Origin: Perna viridis
Taxonomy: Eukaryota
NCBI GenBank assembly: GCA_037379345.1
Contig: CM074515.1
Location: 5,270,001-5,334,000 of the forward strand
Length of the DNA stretch: 64,000 nt
Direction: 5' to 3'
A program made the translations under genes and the position numbers. The notes below the pieces were generated by a model. The model saw only the letters and a list, made by a program, of their open reading frames with translations, searched no databases and was not told the DNA's origin. Below, piece by piece: positions 1-9,893 of the stretch. Every line of letters begins with the position of its first letter. The stretch's first letter is position 1.

Positions 1-31
1 GTGTTTTAATGCCAACCAAAACACGATTACA
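1..31 (+). repeat. 3' end of the 5' LTR
   Basis: GTGTTTTAATGCCAACCAAAACACGATTACA is an exact copy of 6313-6343, ends in CA and is followed 3 nt later by the PBS. Confidence 0.93.
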
Positions 32-34
32 GAA

Positions 35-48
35 TGGCGCCCAACGTG
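35..48 (+). promoter_or_regulatory. Primer binding site complementary to the 3' end of tRNA-Lys(CUU)
   Basis: TGGCGCCCAACGTG matches the first 14 nt of the classical Lys1,2 PBS TGGCGCCCAACGTGGGGC and sits just after the LTR. Confidence 0.9.
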
Positions 49-122
49 ATTTTGTTTTCATCGTAACGAAGTTCGATAGTTTGTGTATTGATTGACTAGT
101 CTACCTGTCTACATTTACCTGT

Positions 123-261
123 GGGAATTCCCTATTCAGTGTTTGAGTTCTATTTCGTAAGTGACGTCACACAGACTGAATCGTCAAAGATAGTGATACG
201 TATCTGAACATAAAACATTTCTACGTCATATCGAACAATGATTTTGTCAACTTCCGGAAGT
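123..261. promoter_or_regulatory. Cluster of palindromic TF-site consensus motifs in the Gypsy leader (NF-kB, CRE, double ETS)
   Basis: GGGAATTCCC at 123-132, GTGACGTCAC at 161-170, ACTTCCGGAAGT at 250-261. Function untested. Confidence 0.5.
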
Positions 262-586
262 GTCAGTATCGAGGACGACGGAAAAGCAGCAATTTTCTAG
301 AATATCAACGGGATAAAAGTGTGCATTGGTAACTATCATAAGTTATTCATTCTATGTTTATATGTTGCATGTACTGTTTTGTCATACTGTACTTTGTCAA
401 TGTGTATGAGTTAAAAAAAAATTCATTGAAAACTTGTTAGAATAACTTAGAATTTTTTTTTGCAATTTGTTTTGTTTTTCTTTTGGTTAACATCAAGTGA
501 TCAAAGTGGTGTCACACTTTTCAGTTACGTGAACCCGTTGCTCACTTTTAATAGAGTGATGAGTATAAAGCACATTATTTTGTTGA

Positions 587-3500
587 GTGCTAGCTTGTAT
601 GTTGTATCGTATGTTGAACTTTGCATACACCCTATCACAAGGATTTAAACCGCCAGAAGCCTATGGAGCAGGGCCGCCACTAGGCTTGAACAACTCAACG
701 ACAGGTCTTACACAAGAAAAGGAAAAGACCGTACCACTTGGATTATTTGGACAACCGACAGAGACTGAAGTAAAGCTTAATGGACAACTTGTTAAGACAC
801 TACTAGATACTGGATCTACTGTATCAGCCATCAGTAATAGTTATTACAACACCCATATGAAGGCAACTAAACTTCAGAACATCAGCAGTTTGTTAGATAT
901 AGAATGTGCCGAAGGACAACAGCTACCGTATAGTGGATTTATAGAGGCAGAATTACAGCTTTTGAATCAGAACACCAACTACCCATGTGTACTACTTGTG
1001 GTACCTGACAGCCATTACAATGCACATGTACCTCTTCTACTTGGCACCAACATACTGCAGGTAATCCATGACAACATCAAAGAACATCATGGACAACGAT
1101 TTCTACAGTCCTGCGATATAACAACACCATGGTATCTGATCTTCCGATCAATTACACTTAGAGAAAGAGAATTGACACGCAACAACAACACCTTAGCGGT
1201 AGTGAAGAACGCTTCAATAACTCCTATTACCATCAAACCAAATACCAGTACACAGTTTCCTGCGTTCATTGATAAACAGATACCATATGGTCCAACTCCA
1301 GCCATGCTACATTCATCTGAACGTCAACCTAATTGGAAAGACTTAGAAGTGGAACCAGGTCTTATTGATTATCAATATGGCAGCACAAGAACCATCTTCA
1401 TACAGATTGCCAATGTGACAACTAGAACTATCACGATTCCACCGAAAGCAATTTTATGTGAATTACACCCAGTGTCTATCGAATACCAGAAAGATGTTTC
1501 AGCAGCTTCATCAATACCTGTTCTTGACCAAGTGAAGATAACCGAAAGCGACTTAACAGAAGATCAACTTCATGCAGGAGTTAACCTCATCAAGAAGTAT
1601 GAAGACATATTTGCCAAAGATGATAGAGATATTGGACATACTTCAGTGAAACACCGTATTGATCTTCATGATGACAAACCCTTTAAACAGAGGTATCGAC
1701 GAATACCAGCCACCATGTACGACGAGGTTAAGGAACATCTACGTCAACTTCTGAAAGCGGGAACTATTAGAACATCACACAGCCCGTGGGCATCTAATGT
1801 GGTACTTGTAAGGAAGAAAAGTGGAAAGCTTCGTCTTTGTGTAGACTACCGGCAACTGAACTTGACTACCAGGAAAGACAGCTATAGTTTACCAAGAATT
1901 GAAGAACTACTTGATTGCCTTGCTGGAAGTACTTTCTTCAGTACCATAGATTTGAAAAGTGGATACCACCAGATAGAAATCCTAGAAGAACACAAGGAAC
2001 GTACTGCCTTTACTGTTGGGCCGTTAGGATTCTATGAGTATAATAGAATGCCCTTTGGACTCACCAACTCCCCAGCAACATTCCAGAGAATGATGGAAGA
2101 GTGCTTGTCAGATATGAACCTTCGAATCTGTTGCATCTTTATCGATGATATAATCATCTTTGGACGATCTTACGAAGAGCAACTAGAAAACCTTCAACGT
2201 GTGTTCCAACGTCTCAGAGAAGCCAACCTGAAGCTTGCTCCTGACAAGTGTTCCTTTTTCAAACGCAAGGTCACTTATGTTGGACATGTAGTATCAGCTG
2301 AAGGGATAGAAATAGACCCAGAGAAGACATCCAAGGTTCACGACTGGCCGAAACCAACCAATCCTGAAGACATCAGACGATTTCTTGGCTTTGTTGGATA
2401 TTACCGCCGATTTATCAAAGGATTTTCCAAGATCAGCCAACCTTTGAGTGAGTTGATGCCGACACCAGGAACCAAGAAGTCCAAGGCAAAACAGCAGAAA
2501 CCATGGAATTGGGGTACTGAGCAAGACAAAGCGTTTGAGAAGCTCAAACATCACATGTTGACTGCACCAATACTTGGATATGCCATCAGCGACAGCCCAT
2601 ACGAACTTCATACAGACGCTTCTGGATTTGCTCTAGGGGCTGTTTTATACCAAAAACAGGAAGGTGTGAAGAGAGTGATAAGCTACGCTAGCAGGGGACT
2701 CACCAAAGCAGAGCGACGATACCCGCCACACAAATTAGAGTTCTTAGCGTTAAAGTGGGCAGTCTGCGACAAATTTAAAGAGTACCTTTGGGGCAGCAAG
2801 TTCACCGTCTTGACAGACAATAACCCCATGACGTATGTGCTGACAACAGCAAAGCTCGATGCTACTGGACACAGATGGCTGGCATCATTATCATCTTTTG
2901 ACTTCCAGATTCATTACCGTCCAGGCAGGAATAATGCAGATGCAGATGGACTTAGTAGGATACCACAGCAATTAGAAGGCACAGATTCTGACAAACGAGA
3001 GGTCATCTCTATCGAGTCTGTTCAGACCATTTGCAACTCCAACCTTCCCAGAGCATACATCGAGAGTTTGGCTGTCAACCCAGATGCACTACCTTCGCTG
3101 GAAGAAGAACTAACTGATGATGACATCATAAATTGGGCAGCTGTACAGTCAAAGGATCCAGTCATTCTACCATTTGTGAAGTATGTCACAGAAGGACGCA
3201 AACCTACATCAGATGAAGTTGGACCTACACCACTTTTGCGCCAGTTTGCTCACCTTGCTGTTAAGAACGGCGTGCTTTACAGAGATGTCATGATTGGAGA
3301 CGACAGGAAATCTCAGCTGGTACTACCATCTGCACATGTTAGTGTTATACTTGAATCACTCCACGACGACATGGGCCATCCAGGCAAGGACAGGACGATG
3401 TCGCTGGTCCGTGACAGATTTTACTGGCCTGGTATGGATAAGGATGTGGAGAATTGGATACAACAGTGCGGAAGATGCATAAGACGAAAAACACCTACCA

Positions 3501-4969
3501 ATCAGAGAGCTCCACTCGTCAGCATTACGACACAGTTTCCCCTTCAGCTGGTGTGCATGGATTACTTAAAGCTAGAGCGTTCCAAAGAAGGATTCCAGGA
3601 CGTTTTGGTTATCACGGATCATTTCACCAGATACGCTCAAGCAATCCCAACGAAGAATCAGACTGCTCGAACAACAGCACAAGTTCTTTTTGACAATTTC
3701 ATCCTACATTATGGTATTCCTGAGAAGATCCACTCTGACCAAGGCGGATGCTTCGAAAGTAACATCATCAAAGAACTTAGTCGTCTGATTGGAATGAAGA
3801 AATCCAGAACAACAGCATACCATCCGATGGGGAATGGGATGTGCGAGCGCTTCAATCGTACCCTCATCAACATGCTCGGAACATTGGAACAACATCAGAA
3901 GTCTAATTGGAAGGCGTATATATCACCTTTAGTTCACGCCTACAACTGCACACAACATGAGACCACTGGAGTTTCACCATACTTCTTGATGTTCGGGAGG
4001 AATCCTAGACTTCCAATCGACCTAGCATTTGGCTTGCGGAAGGAAACCAAGTTGCCAACCATGAAGTATGTGAAAGATCTACGTGACAGGTTATCACACG
4101 CTTACCAACTTGCAGCTGAAGCATCCAAGAAAGCTCAAGCCACACAGAAAAGGAACTACGATCAACGTGTCAGAGGTGCAGCCATCCAGAAAGGAGACAG
4201 AGTCCTTGTCAAGATAGTTGTATTTGACGGAAGGCACAAATTAGCAGATAAATGGGAGGATGTGCCATATGTGGTGTTAGACCAGCCAAATCCAGACATT
4301 TCTGTGTTTGAAGTCATCAGAGAGGACAGAGAAGGATGTGTAAAGAGACTCAACAGGAACTTACTGTTGCCTGTTGGATTTATTAGACCATCAGTAGACG
4401 ATTCATCAGTACAGACACAAAAGACTAGACCACAACCGAAACCCAGGACACGTAAACAGACAACAGCTGAGAGACATGACACTGCAGATAAGTCTTCAGA
4501 TGAATCTTCGGACGAGTCTTTTGACAGTTTTGAAGTGTTTCACCATGCACTGGATACAGAAGACGGTGAATCCACACTCACTGAGGAATCTACTGTAGAT
4601 GAGCCAGTCCAAAATGTTTCAATTCAGTCTGGGGACGCCCATGCTGAAACGGAGGTAGTAGTTGATGATGCTGATCCACAGCAGAACACACCTGTTGATG
4701 TCGAGCATACTGAAACACCAGATACACCTCCAGTACCTGCCAGGAGATCTATGAGGGACAGACGACCACCTGCGTGGATATCTTCTGGGCAGTACGATAT
4801 GTCAGCTGTTGGGACTGTTCGTCCTGTACCACCTAGACAAACTCAGTCAACATCAGAGTGGCAGCAGAAGGCTGAATTTCTCACCAACTTAGCATCAACA
4901 CCTTTATTTAAAAGTTTACAGAAAGAGACAGCTTTAGCCATTTTGGATGCAGTTAATAGCCACCACTAG
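587..4969 (+). CDS. pol: Gypsy Pol polyprotein (protease, RT, RNase H, integrase); first in-frame ATG at 599
   Basis: LLDTGS protease; RT motifs LCVDYRQLN, MPFGL, FIDDI; RNase H HTDAS...LEFLA...TDN; integrase H-x4-H...C-x2-C, MDY/HSDQG/ERFN and a GPY/F-like KWEDVPY. 1460 codons with no stop. Confidence 0.97.
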   Translation: MLACMLYRMLNFAYTLSQGFKPPEAYGAGPPLGLNNSTTGLTQEKEKTVPLGLFGQPTETEVKLNGQLVKTLLDTGSTVSAISNSYYNTHMKATKLQNISSLLDIECAEGQQLPYSGFIEAELQLLNQNTNYPCVLLVVPDSHYNAHVPLLLGTNILQVIHDNIKEHHGQRFLQSCDITTPWYLIFRSITLRERELTRNNNTLAVVKNASITPITIKPNTSTQFPAFIDKQIPYGPTPAMLHSSERQPNWKDLEVEPGLIDYQYGSTRTIFIQIANVTTRTITIPPKAILCELHPVSIEYQKDVSAASSIPVLDQVKITESDLTEDQLHAGVNLIKKYEDIFAKDDRDIGHTSVKHRIDLHDDKPFKQRYRRIPATMYDEVKEHLRQLLKAGTIRTSHSPWASNVVLVRKKSGKLRLCVDYRQLNLTTRKDSYSLPRIEELLDCLAGSTFFSTIDLKSGYHQIEILEEHKERTAFTVGPLGFYEYNRMPFGLTNSPATFQRMMEECLSDMNLRICCIFIDDIIIFGRSYEEQLENLQRVFQRLREANLKLAPDKCSFFKRKVTYVGHVVSAEGIEIDPEKTSKVHDWPKPTNPEDIRRFLGFVGYYRRFIKGFSKISQPLSELMPTPGTKKSKAKQQKPWNWGTEQDKAFEKLKHHMLTAPILGYAISDSPYELHTDASGFALGAVLYQKQEGVKRVISYASRGLTKAERRYPPHKLEFLALKWAVCDKFKEYLWGSKFTVLTDNNPMTYVLTTAKLDATGHRWLASLSSFDFQIHYRPGRNNADADGLSRIPQQLEGTDSDKREVISIESVQTICNSNLPRAYIESLAVNPDALPSLEEELTDDDIINWAAVQSKDPVILPFVKYVTEGRKPTSDEVGPTPLLRQFAHLAVKNGVLYRDVMIGDDRKSQLVLPSAHVSVILESLHDDMGHPGKDRTMSLVRDRFYWPGMDKDVENWIQQCGRCIRRKTPTNQRAPLVSITTQFPLQLVCMDYLKLERSKEGFQDVLVITDHFTRYAQAIPTKNQTARTTAQVLFDNFILHYGIPEKIHSDQGGCFESNIIKELSRLIGMKKSRTTAYHPMGNGMCERFNRTLINMLGTLEQHQKSNWKAYISPLVHAYNCTQHETTGVSPYFLMFGRNPRLPIDLAFGLRKETKLPTMKYVKDLRDRLSHAYQLAAEASKKAQATQKRNYDQRVRGAAIQKGDRVLVKIVVFDGRHKLADKWEDVPYVVLDQPNPDISVFEVIREDREGCVKRLNRNLLLPVGFIRPSVDDSSVQTQKTRPQPKPRTRKQTTAERHDTADKSSDESSDESFDSFEVFHHALDTEDGESTLTEESTVDEPVQNVSIQSGDAHAETEVVVDDADPQQNTPVDVEHTETPDTPPVPARRSMRDRRPPAWISSGQYDMSAVGTVRPVPPRQTQSTSEWQQKAEFLTNLASTPLFKSLQKETALAILDAVNSHH
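644..687 (+). promoter_or_regulatory. -1 programmed ribosomal frameshift signal (gag-pol junction remnant)
   Basis: Slippery heptamer T TTA AAC (644-650), 6-nt spacer, then stem AAGCCTA (657-663) / TAGGCTT (681-687) extended by TGG/CCA. The 0-frame stops at TAG 681-683; the -1 frame is pol. Confidence 0.85.
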
Positions 4970-5002
4970 TGTGAGTGAATGACGGGACGTCATTCTGCGC
5001 CT

Positions 5003-5010
5003 GGGGGGAG
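5003..5010 (+). other. Polypurine tract
   Basis: GGGGGGAG lies immediately before the TG start of the 3' LTR. Confidence 0.85.
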
Positions 5011-6343
5011 TGTGTGGTATAGCTGTATTTTTATCAATTTGTATTTGTGAACAATGTATTATTGTTAGTTGTCATGTATCCCTGTATGTGATTTATTTGT
5101 GTGATTTGTATTCAATTAAAGTTAGTTTTATCAATTTCATTGCTTGAAATTGTAATTTTATATATTACTCCTTTACAGTACATTTGTAGTCTGCTATATC
5201 CTTATTACTCAGATATTCCTACTCCTTCCTTGTTTCTTATTGGTTGGTTTATCTTTTGGCGGGAACTTGTGATTGTGGGTAGTTGACTCTAGGTTTTGAA
5301 GGCGTGAAGAAGCCATTTTTTGTCTAGTGCAAAATCTTATATTTACCTGGATTGTCTATCTGTGATAAAGCCGATCTTAATTTGAGGTTTGTTTCCTATT
5401 AATAATTTAGTACTTATAACATTCAATTCTTTAAATCCGGAGAATAAATGATCTTTATGCAGTAAATTGGTGATTGAGTTTGAATGCTTTGTATGATTGA
5501 TTAGAGTGTTTTGAAAATCTTAAATAAACTTTAGATTTAAACAGTTTCAACTAAATAACTTTATTGTAACAGTAAGATTTGCATAAAACTGATTAAAAAC
5601 ATTTAAATAACTTAAATGCATAATTTCATATGGATTTAGCATAATTCTGATAAAATGTATGAGTGAGTGATAAATCATTTCAATCTGAATAAATTTAATA
5701 CTGCTCAGTTCTGGTAAAAATGTGAATGGAAGGGAGATAACTATTTTTACTATATTGATTCAGTAGTTCATATGACCTGAATATTTATGGGTATAAATAT
5801 TGGTACTTCAGGTGTATATTATAGTGATGTCCTGAAACTGAAGGCCATAGGAAACACAGCCTTTACACAAACATGTGAGGTATGTTATGCTTATGCGTTG
5901 TTTAACATGTTGTCTGCTCTATTTGTTACTGCAGAAAAACGTATGTCTGTCTGTATTTACATATTACTATTTTCAATTATTTGGTCAATTCACAGATTAA
6001 TATCTGTGAGATTGATTTATATGTGTAGTTAACAAATGCATATAATACATGATATTATTTACATGATCTATACATTTTGAATAAGAGTTTAAAATGGGAT
6101 ATTTATGTACGAAAGACATATTCGTAATTAGTTTTAGATTATAAGGAAAATATTGTTATTTTTCCTATTTTTGATCACCTTGAACATTTTATAATTCGCA
6201 TATTGATCATACCATGTATTTACAATGGTTATTTATTATTACAGGGTATTTTTCATTGTTTCCTATATTACGATGATTAATAAACAATACTAGAACTTGC
6301 AACCTGGGATTTGTGTTTTAATGCCAACCAAAACACGATTACA
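5011..6343 (+). repeat. 3' LTR (~1.33 kb, TG...CA; start could be 5013)
   Basis: Starts after the PPT; the last 31 nt are identical to the window start. Confidence 0.9.
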
Positions 6344-6379
6344 AATAAACCAAAAGAACACATTATACATAGTCACATG

Positions 6380-8290
6380 ACTTAGGGTTAGGGTTGATGA
6401 GGTGTAACGGTTTACATACAAAAGACAAGTCTAAAGAAAGTTAGGGTTTGCAATAGAAAAATTGTCAGAGCAAAAGTGAAGATTAGACCTAAAAAACAAA
6501 CTACAAATAGTCACAGTTTAAAGCTAGATAATGTGTTAGGATAGGGTTATGATAAAGTTGGTGTTGAGTAAACATAGAAAAGACCGGGCTAAAGTGAGTT
6601 AGCGTAAAAGTTAGGATAAGTGTTATAGTGAGGGTTATAAGTCACGGGTTAGGGTAAGATTTAGTGTTAGATCTCGGGTAAGTTCTTAGATACGGTTAGA
6701 TCTAGGATTAGGGCTTCAGTTGATTACATTTAAATCTATAGTTCGGTATAGGGTTATGTCTACGCTTACGATTATGTGTAGGGTTGGGACCAGGTCTTAG
6801 TATTTGTCTAGGGATAAGGTTATGTCTAGGATTAGGATTAGGTCTAGAGATAGGTCTAGGTTAGGTTTCGGTTAAAGTTAGATCTAGACTTGGGTCTACG
6901 ACAAGGGTTCAGTTTATGGTAAAGTGTTGGGTTAGGCTTAGGTTTATGTTTAAGGTTGGGGTAATATGCTGATGTTTGTCCTGGATTATTATTAAATTCG
7001 GATTAGGGTTAGGGGTTAGGGTTAATGGTAAGTGGGGTTAGCGTTAGGTTAGTAGTAAGGGTTAGGATTAAGTGTATAGTTAAATGTTTGATAAAGTATA
7101 GGGTTACACATATTGTTATGTATAGTGTTAAGGTCAGGTTAAGGTTAGAGTTTCAGATAAGATCTAGTGTCAAGAAAATTGTAAGAGTCAACCGTTAGTT
7201 ATAGGCTCAGGTCAATGACAAGAGTTTAGTTTATGTTTAAGTGTTGGGTTAGGCTTAGGGTTGTGTTTAAGGTTGGGGTTTGATGCTGATGTTTGTCTAT
7301 GGTTATGGTTAAGTTAGGGTGAGGGTTAGGATTAGATCTAGAGATAGGTCTAGGTTAGGTTTCGGTTAAAGTTAGATCTAGGGTTAGTGTTTGGAATAGA
7401 CTTAAAGAGTTTGTATTAAGGTGAAAGATACTGTCATGATAAAGTTATAACTAGGGTTAGGGTCTGAATTGCAGATAAGGTCTAGTACCAAGACAGTTGC
7501 TAGAGTCAACCCTTAGATTAAGGATCAGGTCTAAGGTAAGAGTTAAGTTTATGGTCATTTGTACATTTACGCCTAAGGTTATGTTTAAGGTTGAGGTCGG
7601 ATGTTGCCCTTTGTCTAGGGTTATGGTTTAGTCTAGAATTAGGTCTATGTCAGGTCTTAGACTTTATGAAAGTCACACATAGAGTTTGTTATGGGGATTG
7701 GGGTCAGATCTCGATCGTTACTTGTTTGGGTTCGGGGTTATGACTTGGGTCAGTGTTAGATTTAGATAGCTAGCGTGCGGGTCAAAGAACTATGGTTAGA
7801 GTTTCTGATGAGGTCCAGTGTCAAGAAATTTGTTAGAGTTAAACGTTAGATCTAGGTTTGGGTTAGGATTAGCTGTATGATTAAGTAAAGGGTTAGGCTT
7901 AGGTTTATATTTAGGGTTGGGGTCAAGCCATGTTATTTGTCTAGGGTTAGGTTTAGGGCTATGACCAATAAATGTGAGAAATAGTTTATCGATTAAGTCA
8001 CGGTTTGAGAAGGAGATACACTTTGAGGTCGAATAAAGTTAGTTGAAAGAAAATGGTTAAGGATATATTTACAGTTGAGTCTTCAAAACTGCTCAGGATT
8101 ACTTGTGTCTATCGCAGGTTTTGTATTGGTTGAGGCTTAGTGTTAGACCTTTGTGTTATGGATGTTATTGTTAAAGAAATAACCATCTAGTGTTAAACCT
8201 CGTGTCAGGTTAGAAGTTTAGAGTTAAAGATAGAAATAGTTTAGGTTAGGAGGAGTGAAGGGTAAATTGTAGGTGATTAGAATCAGTAGA
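6380..8290 (+). repeat. Degenerate (TTAGGG)n-derived array with a ~320-bp higher-order period
   Basis: Dense TTAGGG/TTAGGA/TCTAGG hexamers. Longer blocks recur near 6901/7218/7538/7866 and 7141/7462/7791. Confidence 0.8.
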
Positions 8291-8565
8291 GTAGAGACAA
8301 GAGTCGTTAGAGTCGTTAGTCGTTAGCGTAGGGGTTAAGAATCAAGAATCGTTAGAGTCCGAAGTAAAAGTCAAGAGTCATTAGAGTCGGGGGTACGAGT
8401 CAAAAGCCAAAGTAAAGAGTCGGTAGAGTGAAGAGTCAGAGTGAAGAGTCGTTAGAGTCGGGATAGGAGTCAAGAGCCGGAGTCAAGAGTCGTTAGAGTC
8501 GGAGTCGGAGTCGTTAGAGTTAAAAGTCGGAGTTAGAGTCAAGAGTCGGGTAAGAGTCAACAGTC
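8290..8565 (+). repeat. GAG-centred hexamer/nonamer array (AGAGTC, GGAGTC, TTAGAGTCG)
   Basis: Many AGAGTC/GGAGTC units are directly visible. Confidence 0.85.
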
Positions 8566-8746
8566 AAAATTAAGGGGTCAAAAGAAAGAAAATAAAGAAC
8601 CAAACATAGCCTCAAAAGGTGGGGTTAGAGTATGGAAGGAATATTAACAAGAAGACTTCCAAAAATAGTCTTAAAAGTAAAAGTAAAAACAAAAATGTTT
8701 ATCATTTTGTTCTCAGTTGTCGAAGAAGAAGGTCGTCGTTTACAAG

Positions 8747-9893
8747 ATGTCCACGACTTGTCTATAATGCAAGATGGTCTTTACAAGAAGGTATAATATG
8801 AAACGTCATTTTAGGAAAACTCATGTATACCAAGCTTTAATTGATGTACCCCTTCGGAGAGAAACCAGGTATTCTAATTCTAGACCATCGCAAGGATCAC
8901 TGCGTCCATCACGCTACAAGAATCATGCAGACAGACCAATGCAGTCCACATACGCATCCTGTCCAGCAACAGACAACCTTAGAAAGACAGAATCGATGCA
9001 AACTGGTTTATCGGACTACGGTACTTTAATGACAGAACTACACCAATATGCTTTGAGAAAAGAAAAAAACCAAGATACTTTGATGAATGGACTACGCCAA
9101 GACCCTTATACTTCGATGGAAGGGCTACGCCAATAGATCCAGGATGAAACTCAAGAAAGCTTGCCCAAGGACCAAGCTGACGAAAACTTTTTCATACACC
9201 CGACAGATGATCCCCTTGTTTTCGACGTACCCAAAGGATACTTGGACGACCATTTCATGCCGTGGGCCCATCCCTTTACCAGTGTCATAGCAGGACCCAC
9301 CGGAAGTTGAAAAAACAATGTTTGTACGTCGATTCGTACAAAACTTGAAACACATGATGATGCCTAGACCCGATCGAATGACGTGGTGCTACGACGTGTA
9401 CCAGACCATTTATGGAACCATGGAGAATGTCGACTTTGTACAAGGACTCCCCGACCTTGACACCTTGGATCCCAGAGAGAGACACTTACTTATTCTAGAC
9501 AATATGATGAATTCGGTCACCGAATCTATCTCTCATCTCTTCACGAAATATTCTCACCATAAAAATATAAGTGTCATTTTGCTGGTTCAGAATCTGTTCA
9601 ACAAAAACAAGTATCACAGAACCATCAGTCTGAATGCCCATTACCTGGTTCATATTAAAAATACCAGAGACATATCACAGGCTATGACCATGGCCCAACA
9701 AATGTTCTCAAAAAAGACAAACTACTTCATGAAATCGTACGAGTATGCCACTGCCAAACCCCACGGATATTTATTGATCGACATGGAACAGGGCACTCCC
9801 AACAACTTGAGATTGAGAAGAAACATTTTCCCATGGGATATTCAGGATGTGTTCTTGGAGATGCAAAAGGATGTGTGGTCACTTCGTGAATGA
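8747..9893 (+). pseudogene. Polinton/adintovirus-type A32/FtsK-like DNA-packaging ATPase with an N-terminal C2H2 zinc finger, disrupted
   Basis: HPFTSVIAGPTGS[G]KT Walker A, broken by TGA and a +1 frameshift at 9308-9317; HLLILDNMM Walker B; FTKYSHHKNISVILLVQNLF; RTISLNAHY. The same frame upstream carries C-L-*-C-KMVF-TRRYNMKRH-FRKTH, with stops at 8765 and 9134. Confidence 0.88.

Larger units (their letters stand above)
1..6343 (+). mobile_element. Ty3/Gypsy LTR retrotransposon lacking gag; 5' LTR cut by the window edge
   Basis: Positions 1-31 are identical to 6313-6343 (LTR ends ...GATTACA). PBS at 35-48, pol in PR-RT-RH-IN order, PPT at 5003-5010, then a TG...CA LTR. Confidence 0.96.

Noticed and set aside
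1087-4482. Short antisense and alternative-frame ORFs inside pol
   Set aside because: Shadow ORFs of a long coding sequence.
4970-6343. env gene or extra ORF in the Gypsy element
   Set aside because: Only ~40 bp lie between the pol stop and the LTR; the 61-aa and 81-aa ORFs are inside the AT-rich LTR with no recognisable motifs.
6380-8290. Functional telomere
   Set aside because: Highly degenerate, interstitial and organised as a higher-order satellite.
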